Assembly (NCBI GenBank): GCA_963665655.1
Contig: OY762429.1
Coordinates: 181,444-245,443, forward strand
Length of the DNA stretch: 64,000 nt
Direction: 5' to 3'
DNA from: Terriglobia bacterium
GTDB lineage: Bacteria; Acidobacteriota; Terriglobia; Versatilivoradales; Versatilivoraceae
Made by a program: the position numbers and the translations under genes. Below the pieces are notes generated by a model. The model saw only the letters and a program-made list of their open reading frames with translations, ran no database searches and had not been told where the DNA came from. Below are positions 28,211 to 37,522 of the stretch, piece by piece (the stretch's first letter is position 1; every line of letters starts with the position of its first letter).

Positions 28211-29728
28211 ATGGCTGATTCAGTAAAAGCGCGCTGGCATGGCGACAATTATCAGGCACGGGTGTTTTGGGATAATGCCCTAAATCTTCTGTTGCCACAT
28301 TCGTGCGTGGTCGAAGTGACGTTCGAGGCGGACGGCCCGAAAGCGTTCGATGATGTTGTCGTAAAGTATGATCCTCCTGTCGTCCGGTCCGGTCCAGATC
28401 GCGTTTGCGCCGATTTCCACCAGATTAAATGGCACGTCCAGACGGGCGGACGTTTCGGATATGAGGACTTCACCCACCCAAACTTCATTGGTGCCCAATC
28501 CTTCTCACTTCTTGAGCGTCTGGGAGACGCGCGTAACATTGCTCCCACATCGGCGCATTTCACATTTCTCACGACCTATCGAATCAAGGACGGAGATCCG
28601 CTGGCCGAATTGATTTCTGGCAATGACAAGACACTGCTCATTGAGCGTCTGTTCAACGGTACGACCGATCGCAGCCGCATGGGTCGGGTGAGGAAGTGTT
28701 GGCGCGAACATCTCAAGCTAGAAAACGACCAGCAACTATTCGAGGTCGTGCGCGGTCTGCGTGTGGTCGATGGCTATCTGTCGTTGGAGGAATTGCGTAC
28801 ACAGATCAACTTAAAGGCACAAGCTGTGGGCGTATTCGCATGCAACGCAGCCGACTCGGATTTCCGGTACGACGAATTGGCGCGCCAATTGAAGGTGAGA
28901 CAGCTAAGCGCTCTCAACCGGGAAGCACTCTTGCAAGTCTGCACGGATGAAGGGCTTCTCGTAGAGCGGAGGGCAGAACCCGATAAGTTTCTTCCCATCG
29001 CGATCCGCAGCTTTCTTGGGCCAGCGGCTGATATCGTTGGCGCAGCACCCGAAGATACACTACTGCTCACCGGAGACTTTCGGCAGCGCTATTTGCAAGA
29101 GGGACTTGATTGGCAGCGTAGCATCCGCCCGAAGGTCGAGACCTTTTTGCGGGCTGCGGTAAAGAAATGCGGAAAGCTAAGGCTGATATTAGATGCTCAT
29201 GCATCGGTTGCGTTCCTAGCCGGTGCCGTGCTCGACCTAAAGTCCGGTGTCGAGAGCCAACTGGTCCAAAAGGGGCGCGTCGGCACAAGGACTTGGCGTG
29301 TCGATGACGGTTCAGGTTCGGAGGGCGGCCGTTTCGAAATCGCAGAGGATCAGGTAGGGAGAGGGCGCCATATTGCAATCGCGATCAGTGTATCGCAGCC
29401 AGCAGCAGCACAGGTTCACGCATATGTGGCGGCGCAATTACCCGGTGTCGGCAAGTTCTTATCGTGCGCTATGTCAACGGGCCCCGGACAGCGAAGCGTT
29501 GCGGGTGGAGAGCATGCCGCCGCGCTCGCTGAGCAGTTATCCAATCATGTACGCACTGTGAAAGCGAATGACCCCGACGCCGTCATTCATATCTTTGCGG
29601 CTGCGCCGAATAGCCTTCTATTCTATCTTGGTCAGCATCATCAGGCGATTGCCCCATGCATCGTATACGAGTTTGATTTTGATCGGCAGGCACACAAAAC
29701 TTATCAGCCTTCATTTATGATCGACTGA
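28211..29728 (+). CDS. cap4: CBASS effector, Cap4-like endonuclease fused to a SAVED sensor
   Basis: N-terminal G..YQ, FDDVVV, QIKWH nuclease motifs; C-terminal SAVED motif IHIFAAAPNSLLFYLGQ. Confidence 0.85.
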   Translation: MADSVKARWHGDNYQARVFWDNALNLLLPHSCVVEVTFEADGPKAFDDVVVKYDPPVVRSGPDRVCADFHQIKWHVQTGGRFGYEDFTHPNFIGAQSFSLLERLGDARNIAPTSAHFTFLTTYRIKDGDPLAELISGNDKTLLIERLFNGTTDRSRMGRVRKCWREHLKLENDQQLFEVVRGLRVVDGYLSLEELRTQINLKAQAVGVFACNAADSDFRYDELARQLKVRQLSALNREALLQVCTDEGLLVERRAEPDKFLPIAIRSFLGPAADIVGAAPEDTLLLTGDFRQRYLQEGLDWQRSIRPKVETFLRAAVKKCGKLRLILDAHASVAFLAGAVLDLKSGVESQLVQKGRVGTRTWRVDDGSGSEGGRFEIAEDQVGRGRHIAIAISVSQPAAAQVHAYVAAQLPGVGKFLSCAMSTGPGQRSVAGGEHAAALAEQLSNHVRTVKANDPDAVIHIFAAAPNSLLFYLGQHHQAIAPCIVYEFDFDRQAHKTYQPSFMID

Positions 29729-30131
29729 TAATGAGTTACAAAGTTTCCGACTTGATCTGACGGATGCTTCGGTTGACTGCACTGAGAACAGGTTGCTGTT
29801 TGTTCGACAGATCGGGAGCGCTGATCGACTTTCGCCAGCGATATGTGATGTTTCGCCGAAGGTCTGCATTGCGTGTCTTGTCGTACCAGTATCTTCTCGA
29901 ATGCAGCCCCAGCCCGTTGTTTCTGTGACCTCCCCCCCAAATTAGGTCCACCCACAGAGTGAGGAATTTAGTCACAACATTCACAACAATCTGAGATGAG
30001 GATACAGACAATCAGAATGACTGAGGGAGTCCTGGGGGGTAACGACGTAACAACTGGGGGACTATATAGGGGACTAGTTGCGATTCAATCGAGACTAAAT
30101 TATTGATATATAATAGTTTATATAGAAGTCC

Positions 30132-30221
30132 TGGCGGAGAGAGCGGGATTCGAACCCGCGTTAGAGTTTCCCCTAAACACGCTTTCCAAGCGTGCGCCTT
30201 CAGCCACTCGGCCATCTCTCC
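30132..30221 (-). tRNA. tRNA-Ser (anticodon GGA)
   Basis: ggagagatggccgagtggctgaaggcg, cacgcttGGAaagcgtg, long variable arm, gggttcgaatccc, encoded CCA. Confidence 0.96.
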
Positions 30222-30321
30222 CCGTCCAATTGCGCCCGATTGTAATGAAATCGGGGGGTGGCGTCCAGAGGGACTCCAATTCCGATTCCGGCGCCGTCAG
30301 GCGGCGGCGGTCCTGCTGCCC

Positions 30322-30771
30322 TCACAGAATCCGGATGGGATCGCCCACCACGATGGAGCCTCCCGATTCGACCCTTGCGAGCACGCCCCTGCGTCCAGCC
30401 AACTCCTGCTGCAAACCGGACCGGATCTCGTCCATGCGGCTGCACGGCCGGCAGGGCTGGGTAATCCGCAGGCGCACCTCTGACCCGATCTGGAGGATGC
30501 GTCCACGTTCCAGGCCGGTCAGGACAATGCCGCGAGTCGTCAGGTTCTCCCTGACTTCACCGATGCGCAGGTTCATGGCCCGCAGGGTCTCCTCTTCGAT
30601 GAGGAGCAACTGGCGCTCGCTCCCCGCCCGCGCATGGTGATCCTCCTCCAAGCCGAAATCCCGAATGACTCTGGCCGGATTGACGAACTTCATGGGCCGG
30701 CGCGACCCGGGACAGCTCTGGATGCTGACAATCGTTCCTGCGGAGGAACCCGTTGCAGGCTCTTTGACCAT
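30322..30771 (-). CDS. MOSC domain protein
   Basis: GLEEDHHA...RQLLLI...RENLTTRG...PCRPCSRM...GRRGVLARV...I.VGDPI; start uncertain. Confidence 0.85.
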   Translation of the reverse strand: MVKEPATGSSAGTIVSIQSCPGSRRPMKFVNPARVIRDFGLEEDHHARAGSERQLLLIEEETLRAMNLRIGEVRENLTTRGIVLTGLERGRILQIGSEVRLRITQPCRPCSRMDEIRSGLQQELAGRRGVLARVESGGSIVVGDPIRIL

Positions 30772-30980
30772 TGCGATTCTTACCCCCCGACGGGCCTCGG
30801 AATGCGTCCTGTTCCAGGCCATTTCCGCAGCCGGAATCTTGGAAGCCGGTCAGAGTGCCGTTGGCGCCCGGGCATTCTCACCGTCCCGCCCCCCCGGCGG
30901 CCTTGAGTTGACCGGCTTGCGGCCATTCATTAAGATGCTGGCCCGCATTCGGCTTTCTCCCAGGCAACGTCTTTCAGCTT

Positions 30981-31553
30981 ATGGCGGAAACGGCCGTTCA
31001 AATTGCCTCTCAACTGGCTTCCCGGGTCCCATGCGAGCTTGCGGGCCGCCATTCCGGGCGGGCGGCCGTGCTGATGCCGATCTGGCAGCAAGAGGACGCC
31101 TTGTATTTCCTGCTGACACAGCGGACTGAAACGGTGGAAACCCACAAGGGGCAGATTTCCTTTCCAGGAGGGATGCGAGACTCGGAGGAGGAGCCCCTGG
31201 TTCAGACGGCGCTGAGAGAAACACGAGAGGAAATCGGGCTGCCGGCATCGCAGATTCGGATCCTGGGGCAGTTTGACGACTACCTGTCCTCCACCGACCT
31301 GATTGTCACTCCATTTGCGGGCTGGGTCTCGCCACCGCTGGAACTGAGCCCCAACCCTGAAGAGGTCGAAGAGATACTGGAGGTTCCCTGGAGCCTCTTT
31401 CGCGATCCCGGCTCGTGCAGAACCGAGACCCTTCGGCGCCTGGGCCGAGACATCCTCGTCTACCACTACGATTTCCACGGTCGAGACGTCTGGGGTCTGA
31501 CGGCCCGGATCATCCGTGATTTCCTGCATCTCATCGATGAATTTCCGTCTTGA
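30981..31553 (+). CDS. Nudix hydrolase, CoA pyrophosphatase type
   Basis: AAVL, LLTQR, HKGQISFPGG, TALRETREEIG Nudix box, NPEEV, VWGLTA. Confidence 0.9.
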   Translation: MAETAVQIASQLASRVPCELAGRHSGRAAVLMPIWQQEDALYFLLTQRTETVETHKGQISFPGGMRDSEEEPLVQTALRETREEIGLPASQIRILGQFDDYLSSTDLIVTPFAGWVSPPLELSPNPEEVEEILEVPWSLFRDPGSCRTETLRRLGRDILVYHYDFHGRDVWGLTARIIRDFLHLIDEFPS

Positions 31554-31579
31554 AGTCGGCGCCGAAGTTCCGGCCGGCC

Positions 31580-32578
31580 TCATTCCTCCCTTAGCCGTCT
31601 TTCCATCAGGTCCCTCACGGCGTCCCTCGGATTCTTCTGGTGATGAAGCAGCAGGTTCACCTGCTCGGTGATGGGCATTTCCAATCCGTGACGCGCCGCC
31701 AGCTTCAAGGCGGCCCCGGTCGCGGGAATTCCTTCCGCCACCGTGCGCATTCCCGCCGTGATTTCATCCAACCCGTGTCCCTTGCCCAACTGAAAGCCGA
31801 CGCGGCGATTGCGACTGAGCTCGCCGTGGCAGGTCAGCACCAGGTCCCCCATGCCGGCAAGACCGGCCATGGTCTCGCGTCGGCCGCCGCAGGCCACAAC
31901 CAGCCGCGTCATTTCCACCAAACCGCGCGTCACCACCGCCGCGACCGAATTGCAACCCAATCCCATGCCGGCGCACACTCCTGCCGCGATGGCGATCACG
32001 TTCTTGACCGCACCGCCCAGTTCGACGCCGATGATATCGGTATTGGTGTAGAAACGAAGCGAGGGACTGGAGAACTCGGTTTGCACGACCCGGTTGACGG
32101 TTGGATCGGGTCCCGCCACCACCATGGCGGTTGGATCTCCCCGAGCGACCTCCCTGGCAAAGGTGGGACCGGAGATCGCTGCCACTCGCGGCCGAAAACA
32201 GGGTGCAATGACGGCCTCCATCACCTCCGACATGCGCTGCAGGCTGGCGCTCTCAATCCCCTTGGTGGCGCTCACCAGAATCGCCTCGGGACGCAGGAAT
32301 GGAAGCATCTCCCGGTAGATCCCGCGGCAACAGTTGGCCGGAAGGGCTGTCACCACGATCTCGGCCCCTTCCAGAGCAAAGCCCAGAGAATCGGTGGCGA
32401 CTACCGGCTCGGGAATCGAAAAACCGCCGAGGTAAAGAGGATTGCCCCGTCCCTCGTTGATGGCGGACACCAACTCCGGCTCATAGACCCAGAGCCGAAT
32501 CGGGTGTCCCATTCCGGACAGAGCAATGGAAAGAGCCGTGCCCCAACCGCCTCCGCCTATGATCGCCACCCGTTTCAT
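31580..32578 (-). CDS. gpsA: NAD(P)H-dependent glycerol-3-phosphate dehydrogenase
   Basis: IIGGGGWGTAL, ATKGIE, SGPTFA, GVELGGAVKNVIAIA, GDLVLTC..SRN. Confidence 0.95.
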   Translation of the reverse strand: MKRVAIIGGGGWGTALSIALSGMGHPIRLWVYEPELVSAINEGRGNPLYLGGFSIPEPVVATDSLGFALEGAEIVVTALPANCCRGIYREMLPFLRPEAILVSATKGIESASLQRMSEVMEAVIAPCFRPRVAAISGPTFAREVARGDPTAMVVAGPDPTVNRVVQTEFSSPSLRFYTNTDIIGVELGGAVKNVIAIAAGVCAGMGLGCNSVAAVVTRGLVEMTRLVVACGGRRETMAGLAGMGDLVLTCHGELSRNRRVGFQLGKGHGLDEITAGMRTVAEGIPATGAALKLAARHGLEMPITEQVNLLLHHQKNPRDAVRDLMERRLREE

Positions 32579-32677
32579 GGTTCCGGCCTCTGCTTGCCGT
32601 TCAATACCGCAGACTACGTTCGGGCAGCACTTCCTGCTCGTTGGCGCCCCGTCTCGGCGCTCCGGAGATCGTCCGGG

Positions 32678-33913
32678 TCAAAGCAACCGGCGCCGCACCA
32701 TGTCCAGGGCCGCCTGGGAAGCCCAGAAACGGATCCTCTCCCGATCGCCGGTGAAACGACACTCCCGATGCTCGACCTGGTTTCTCATGGCCAGGGCCAG
32801 ATGGACCAGTCCTACCGGTTTTTCCCGGCTGCCGCCGGAGGGTCCGGCCACGCCCGTCACGCCGACGCCGATGCTGGCTCCCATCCGATCACGAATGCCC
32901 TCTGCCAAACTCTTGGCCACCTCGGCACTGACGGCGCCGCTCATTTCCAAAAGCAGGGGCGGCATGCCGGTAAATTCCACTTTGGATGGGTTGCTGTAGC
33001 AGGTAACCCCGCCCATAAAATACCTGGAGCTGCCGGGAACCCGTGTGATTCTCTCGGCAATCAGCCCACCGGTACAGCTCTCGGCCACGGCCAGCGTCTC
33101 CTTCTTGCTGGCAAGGCATTCACCCACGACCTGTTCCAGGCTCTGGTCGCCGGCGGAAAAGATGAAATCTCCCAGTTTGACCTGGATCGGCTCGGCCACT
33201 TCATGAACCAGGGCCTCGGCTTCCTGCCGCGACTTTGCGCGGCCGGTCAGGTGAATCTGAATCTCTCCCCTGCCGGACAAAATGGTGGTCACGGGATTCT
33301 TGTAGGGCGTATAAATCGGAGCGATCTGTTCGTCAAGCTGGGACTCCGTCATCCCGGTAGATCTCAATACCCGTGTAAACAGATGAAACCCCTTCGACCG
33401 CTGGCTGAGCAAAGTCAGGCAGGACTCTTCAAAGATCGCCTTCATTTCCGAAGGCACTCCCGGGAGCAGAATGATGACACCCTCGCCTTTTTCCAGCCAA
33501 AGGCCGGGAGCCGTCCCCAACCGGTTGTCGAGGATCCGCGCCCCCACGGGAACCAGGGCCTGGCGCGCATTGTTTCCGGGCATCTCCAGGCCCCTGCTCC
33601 GAAAGCGATCCCGGATGGTCTGAAGAATGTCATGCTGCAGCACCATCTGCCTGCGGAGCACGCGAGCGAACACTTTCCTGGTAATGTCGTCCTCCGTCGG
33701 TCCCAGGCCTCCGGTGGCGATCACCAGCGTGGACCGCTCCACCGCTGACCTCGCCACCTGCTCCAAGCGGGTTTCCTGGTCTCCGGCAACCACCTTGAGA
33801 TCCACTTCGATGCCGATGGAGTTGAGCTGTCTGGTCAGATAGAGAGAGTTGGAGTCCACCCGGTGTGGAGTCAGCAACTCCGACCCGATAGCGATGATTT
33901 CGGCGGTGTCCAT
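32678..33913 (-). CDS. cinA: Competence/damage-inducible protein CinA (NMN deamidase domain)
   Basis: IGSELL, TGGLGPTEDD, LPGVPSEM, AESCTGG, GAVSAEVA, GVAGP. Confidence 0.95.
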   Translation of the reverse strand: MDTAEIIAIGSELLTPHRVDSNSLYLTRQLNSIGIEVDLKVVAGDQETRLEQVARSAVERSTLVIATGGLGPTEDDITRKVFARVLRRQMVLQHDILQTIRDRFRSRGLEMPGNNARQALVPVGARILDNRLGTAPGLWLEKGEGVIILLPGVPSEMKAIFEESCLTLLSQRSKGFHLFTRVLRSTGMTESQLDEQIAPIYTPYKNPVTTILSGRGEIQIHLTGRAKSRQEAEALVHEVAEPIQVKLGDFIFSAGDQSLEQVVGECLASKKETLAVAESCTGGLIAERITRVPGSSRYFMGGVTCYSNPSKVEFTGMPPLLLEMSGAVSAEVAKSLAEGIRDRMGASIGVGVTGVAGPSGGSREKPVGLVHLALAMRNQVEHRECRFTGDRERIRFWASQAALDMVRRRLL

Positions 33914-33987
33914 AGGATGGGGGGAACGAATTCGGCCGGCTGGAAGGAGAGAACGGAGCTGTCGAGTCCTCCTGGCCCTCGGCCGTG

Positions 33988-34995
33988 TCAGGGCAGGGGC
34001 CTGCCCTCGACTCCGACGTGAATTCGATAGATGGAACTGGTCGTGGCGAGATACATGTCTTGCCCGTATCCGAATGTCAAGCCGATGAGGTTGGAGCCGC
34101 TGACGGCCAGCCTGGCCTCTGCATCGGGATTGATCCTTACCACACCCCGCCGGCCCGCCAGTGAGGCCGCCACATAGAGGTTGCCCTCCACGTCAAGGGC
34201 CATTCCCTGAGGCCGGCCCAAACCGGTAAAGAACACTTCAACCTCGCCGCTGGAGGTGACCTTGTAGACATGGTCGCAGGTAGAAGCGGTCGGTCCTGTC
34301 ACAAAGAGGCTGCCGGCCTGATCGAAGGCGAGGTGATAGGCCGAGACACTGGGCTCAAGAGTTGCAAAAACGAAAATCTCACGCTTTCTGTCGATCTTGA
34401 AAATGGTGCCGCTGCGGTCGCCGACGTAAAGGTTGTCTTCGTGATCGAAGACGATATCGGTGGCTACCCCCATGCCCTTGGCATAGATCGACGTCTCGCC
34501 TCGACGGGAAACTCTGAAGATGTTCCCGTCATGACGGCTGGAAACAAACAACTCGTCCCTGCTGTTGAGAGCCAGCCCGGTCGGGTTGACGATCTCGGCG
34601 CCCAAGGGTTCGACAACCCCGGTCCGGCTTATCTTGAAGATGGAGTTGGGAACCTTCTCACCCTTGCGACCGCTCAGGGTCGAAAAGAGGTTGCCACCCG
34701 AGTCCAGGACCGGATTGGCCACCGGATGCAGATTGTCGGTCACCAGTTCGGCGACTTCGCAGGTGACGTGATTACTTTCCTGTCCGTCAATGGCAATCCA
34801 CAATTCCCCGCTGCTGGCCTCCGAGGGAACCTGCGCCACAATCAGATCGGAGGCCGCCGAAACCAGATGGCTGGACGACCGCTGGATCCTCACCTCGGGG
34901 CGCAAGTAGGACTTCAATTCCAATCCACTGCAGCGAATGAACACCTCCCCCCCGGGAATGGCTGCGGCAGGTAGCAGATCCAGAATTCTAATCAT
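33988..34995 (-). CDS. IPT/TIG plus beta-propeller (gluconolactonase/NHL-like) protein
   Basis: Ig-like N-terminus followed by repeated P.G.A.D..G.LYV blades. Confidence 0.75.
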   Translation of the reverse strand: MIRILDLLPAAAIPGGEVFIRCSGLELKSYLRPEVRIQRSSSHLVSAASDLIVAQVPSEASSGELWIAIDGQESNHVTCEVAELVTDNLHPVANPVLDSGGNLFSTLSGRKGEKVPNSIFKISRTGVVEPLGAEIVNPTGLALNSRDELFVSSRHDGNIFRVSRRGETSIYAKGMGVATDIVFDHEDNLYVGDRSGTIFKIDRKREIFVFATLEPSVSAYHLAFDQAGSLFVTGPTASTCDHVYKVTSSGEVEVFFTGLGRPQGMALDVEGNLYVAASLAGRRGVVRINPDAEARLAVSGSNLIGLTFGYGQDMYLATTSSIYRIHVGVEGRPLP

Positions 34996-35012
34996 GGGTC
35001 AGATCGAAACGA

Positions 35013-35531
35013 TCAAGCCAGCGAGAGCCAATAGCGATCAATCAGCACCAGCAACAAGGAGGCGTAAAAGCCCGCGGCCAAATCGTCGAGGACGATTCCG
35101 AATCCCAGGGGAACTCTCTCCAGGGACCGTATCGGGAAGGGCTTGGCGATGTCGAAGAAGCGAAAGAACAAGAAACCGAGCAAAAGCAGGGTGAGCCGGG
35201 GGTTCCTGAAGATCAGGCCAAAGGTCAACAACTGACCCACGATCTCATCAATGACGACTTGAGGTGGATCCCGCTTGCCCAGGACTGCTTCCGCCCGGGA
35301 ACCCGCCCAGATGCCTACGGCGCCAATGACGGCTACCACCAGCCAATTGACGAAGACCCGTTGTCCCCCCAGGAGCTGCCAACGGGAGAGGAGTAGAATC
35401 AGTAGAATGCCTACAAAGGAACCGACCGTGCCGGGTGCTATCGGACAATAGCCGACACCGAATCCGGTGGCGATGACCAGGGCCAATCGGTCCTTGATGC
35501 CTGATGGTCTGGTGACTGTAGGAGCCCCCAT
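35013..35531 (-). CDS. pgpA: Phosphatidylglycerophosphatase A
   Basis: ATGFGVG..PIAPGTVGS, DPPQVVIDEIVG, FRFFDIAKPFPI, DDLAAG. Confidence 0.93.
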   Translation of the reverse strand: MGAPTVTRPSGIKDRLALVIATGFGVGYCPIAPGTVGSFVGILLILLLSRWQLLGGQRVFVNWLVVAVIGAVGIWAGSRAEAVLGKRDPPQVVIDEIVGQLLTFGLIFRNPRLTLLLLGFLFFRFFDIAKPFPIRSLERVPLGFGIVLDDLAAGFYASLLLVLIDRYWLSLA

Positions 35532-35708
35532 TTATTCTTCGGCCGGCGCTTCTTCGGCTTCGTCGATTTCGGGCGTATGCTCCACTGGAACCGTGTAGCG
35601 GTCCGTTGCCCAGTTTCCCAAATCAAGCGTTTGGCAGCGCTCACTGCAAAAGGGGCGGTAGGCGTTCCCTTCCCACCGAACCGGCCTCTTGCAAATGGGA
35701 CATTTCAT
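35532..35708 (-). CDS. yacG: DNA gyrase inhibitor YacG
   Basis: CPICK...RPFCSERC...DLGNWA. Confidence 0.92.
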   Translation of the reverse strand: MKCPICKRPVRWEGNAYRPFCSERCQTLDLGNWATDRYTVPVEHTPEIDEAEEAPAEE

Positions 35709-35776
35709 CTCCGCCCACATCTCCCGAGGCAACAGGGAGCGCCCGCCCCTGCCCGACACTGGCAATGCACCGCGAC

Positions 35777-37099
35777 TTATACCAACCGGCCCACCAGATC
35801 ATAGTTCATGGCCTGGGTAATTTCAACGTTGCCGAACTCTCCCGAGTCGGGGAGTGCGCCCTCCAGGTCATTGATCAAAACCACGCCGTCGATTCTGGGG
35901 GCTTGAGACTCCAACCGGCCTTGCCAGAGGAGGTCGCTCTCGCCCGACTTCCCTTCGACCAGCACGGGGCGACGCTTCCCCACCATACTCCGGTTCTTAT
36001 GCCGGGAAATCCTGGCCTGGATTCCCATCAACCGCCTGCGGCGTCTTTCGATCAGTGATGGCGGCACCTTGTCTTCCAGGTGATAGCTGCCGGCTTCCTC
36101 CTCGTCCGAATAGGTGAAGGCGCCAAGCCGGTCGAACCCGATCGCCTCCACGAAGCGGCACAACTCGGCAAATTCCTCTTCGGTCTCGCCGGGATAACCC
36201 ACGATCATGGACGTTCGCAAGGTGATTCCCGGAACCCTTTCCCGAACCCGATCCAACAGCCGGGACAGGCTGGAACTGTTGCCTCCCCGCTTCATCGATC
36301 TCAGAATCCTCTCGCTGGCGTGCTGAAGCGGCATGTCCAGGTACCGGCAGATCTTTTCCTCCTCCCGCATGGCCGCCAGCACGTCATCTCCGAGCTGAGA
36401 AGGAAACGCGTAAAGGAAGCGAATCCAGCGGATCCCTTCCACCCTGGCCAGTTCCCTGAGCAGCCGGGACAACCCCTGCCTCAACCCCAGGTCGGCTCCG
36501 TAACGGGTCGTCTCCTGAGAGATCAGAACGATCTCCTTGACCCCGCCGTCAGCCAGAAACCGGGCTTCCTTCAGGATGGAAGCCATGGGACGGCTGCGAT
36601 GGACTCCGCGAATCCTGGGGATGACGCAAAAGGAGCAGGGGCGATCGCAGCCCTCGGCGATCTTGATGTAGGCCGTGTAGCCGGGAGTCGTCAGCAGCCG
36701 GGGGGTGTTTTCGTCGTACAGGTAATACCGGTTATCGATACTGGGAGGCATTCGACCCTCGCAGACGTCGATGATGGACTCCAACTGGGTCGTGCCCAGA
36801 ACGGCGTCCACCTCCGGAATCTCCGTTTGGATCTCGTCCCGGTAGCGCTCCACCAGGCAACCGGTCACCACCAGCCGGGAGCACTGTCCGCCGTTCTTGA
36901 ATTCCGCCATCTCCAGGATGGTGTCCACGCTCTCCTGCTTGGCCTTGTCGATGAAGCCGCACGTGTTGACGACAATGACGTCTGCCCGTTCGGCCTGCGC
37001 CGTGACCTCGTACCCTCTTCGGCGCAGCACTCCCAACATGATCTCGCTGTCGACCAGATTCTTTTCGCAGCCCAGGCTCACCAGGCCTATCTTTTTCAT
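35777..37099 (-). CDS. rimO: Ribosomal protein S12 methylthiotransferase RimO
   Basis: SLGCEKNLVDSE, NTCGFI, KIAEGCDRPCSFC, C-terminal TRAM with APRIDG. Confidence 0.95.
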   Translation of the reverse strand: MKKIGLVSLGCEKNLVDSEIMLGVLRRRGYEVTAQAERADVIVVNTCGFIDKAKQESVDTILEMAEFKNGGQCSRLVVTGCLVERYRDEIQTEIPEVDAVLGTTQLESIIDVCEGRMPPSIDNRYYLYDENTPRLLTTPGYTAYIKIAEGCDRPCSFCVIPRIRGVHRSRPMASILKEARFLADGGVKEIVLISQETTRYGADLGLRQGLSRLLRELARVEGIRWIRFLYAFPSQLGDDVLAAMREEEKICRYLDMPLQHASERILRSMKRGGNSSSLSRLLDRVRERVPGITLRTSMIVGYPGETEEEFAELCRFVEAIGFDRLGAFTYSDEEEAGSYHLEDKVPPSLIERRRRRLMGIQARISRHKNRSMVGKRRPVLVEGKSGESDLLWQGRLESQAPRIDGVVLINDLEGALPDSGEFGNVEITQAMNYDLVGRLV

Positions 37100-37426
37100 C
37101 GCAACACTCTGGGAACGGTTTTGGCGGGAAGGCCCCGGCCGAGACGGCCGGGAGCCGACAGATTCTGTGAGGCGGCCCGCGGTCCCTGCATGGAATGCGG
37201 TCATCCCCAAGCCGCCTGTCATTCTAGCACTTGCCCCCAAATCGGCAAGGGGCGTCGCCCCCTCCATCAGGACTATCCCACACTAATTTTCCCCTCTCCG
37301 GGAGGGCTGATTCTAGTCGATTGGGGTGGTTTGCAAGCGGTTCGCGCCTGGAAAATGGGCCTGATGCGGGGGCTCTGACCTGCATGCCAGCCTGAATCCG
37401 GCAGCCTGGCCCCCCGGAGCCGAAAG

Positions 37427-37459
37427 TCATTCATCATTCATCACTCATCATTCATCATT
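37427..37459 (+). repeat. Heptamer tandem repeat (TCATCAY)n
   Basis: tcat tcatcat tcatcac tcatcat tcatcat. Confidence 0.8.
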
Positions 37460-37522
37460 GTCCCCTGAATCTGGTAGCGCGGGATCACCCTGACCCCTCC
37501 ATCCCTCGGCGGGCCGCCGGGG

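Noticed and set aside
29704-30011. Short minus-strand ORFs after cap4 as extra CBASS components
   Set aside because: No motifs or clear RBS, opposite strand, and mutually overlapping; likely non-coding island edge.
30012-30215. ORF MAEWLKAHAWKAC...
   Set aside because: It is a translation of the tRNA-Ser gene, as is ORF 6491-6742 for tRNA-Thr.
31640-33748. 702-aa plus-strand ORF, and similar long antisense ORFs at 6824-8719, 44220-45908, 54410-56044 and 58541-60130
   Set aside because: Shadow frames opposite well-supported genes; expected in high-GC DNA and without motifs of their own.
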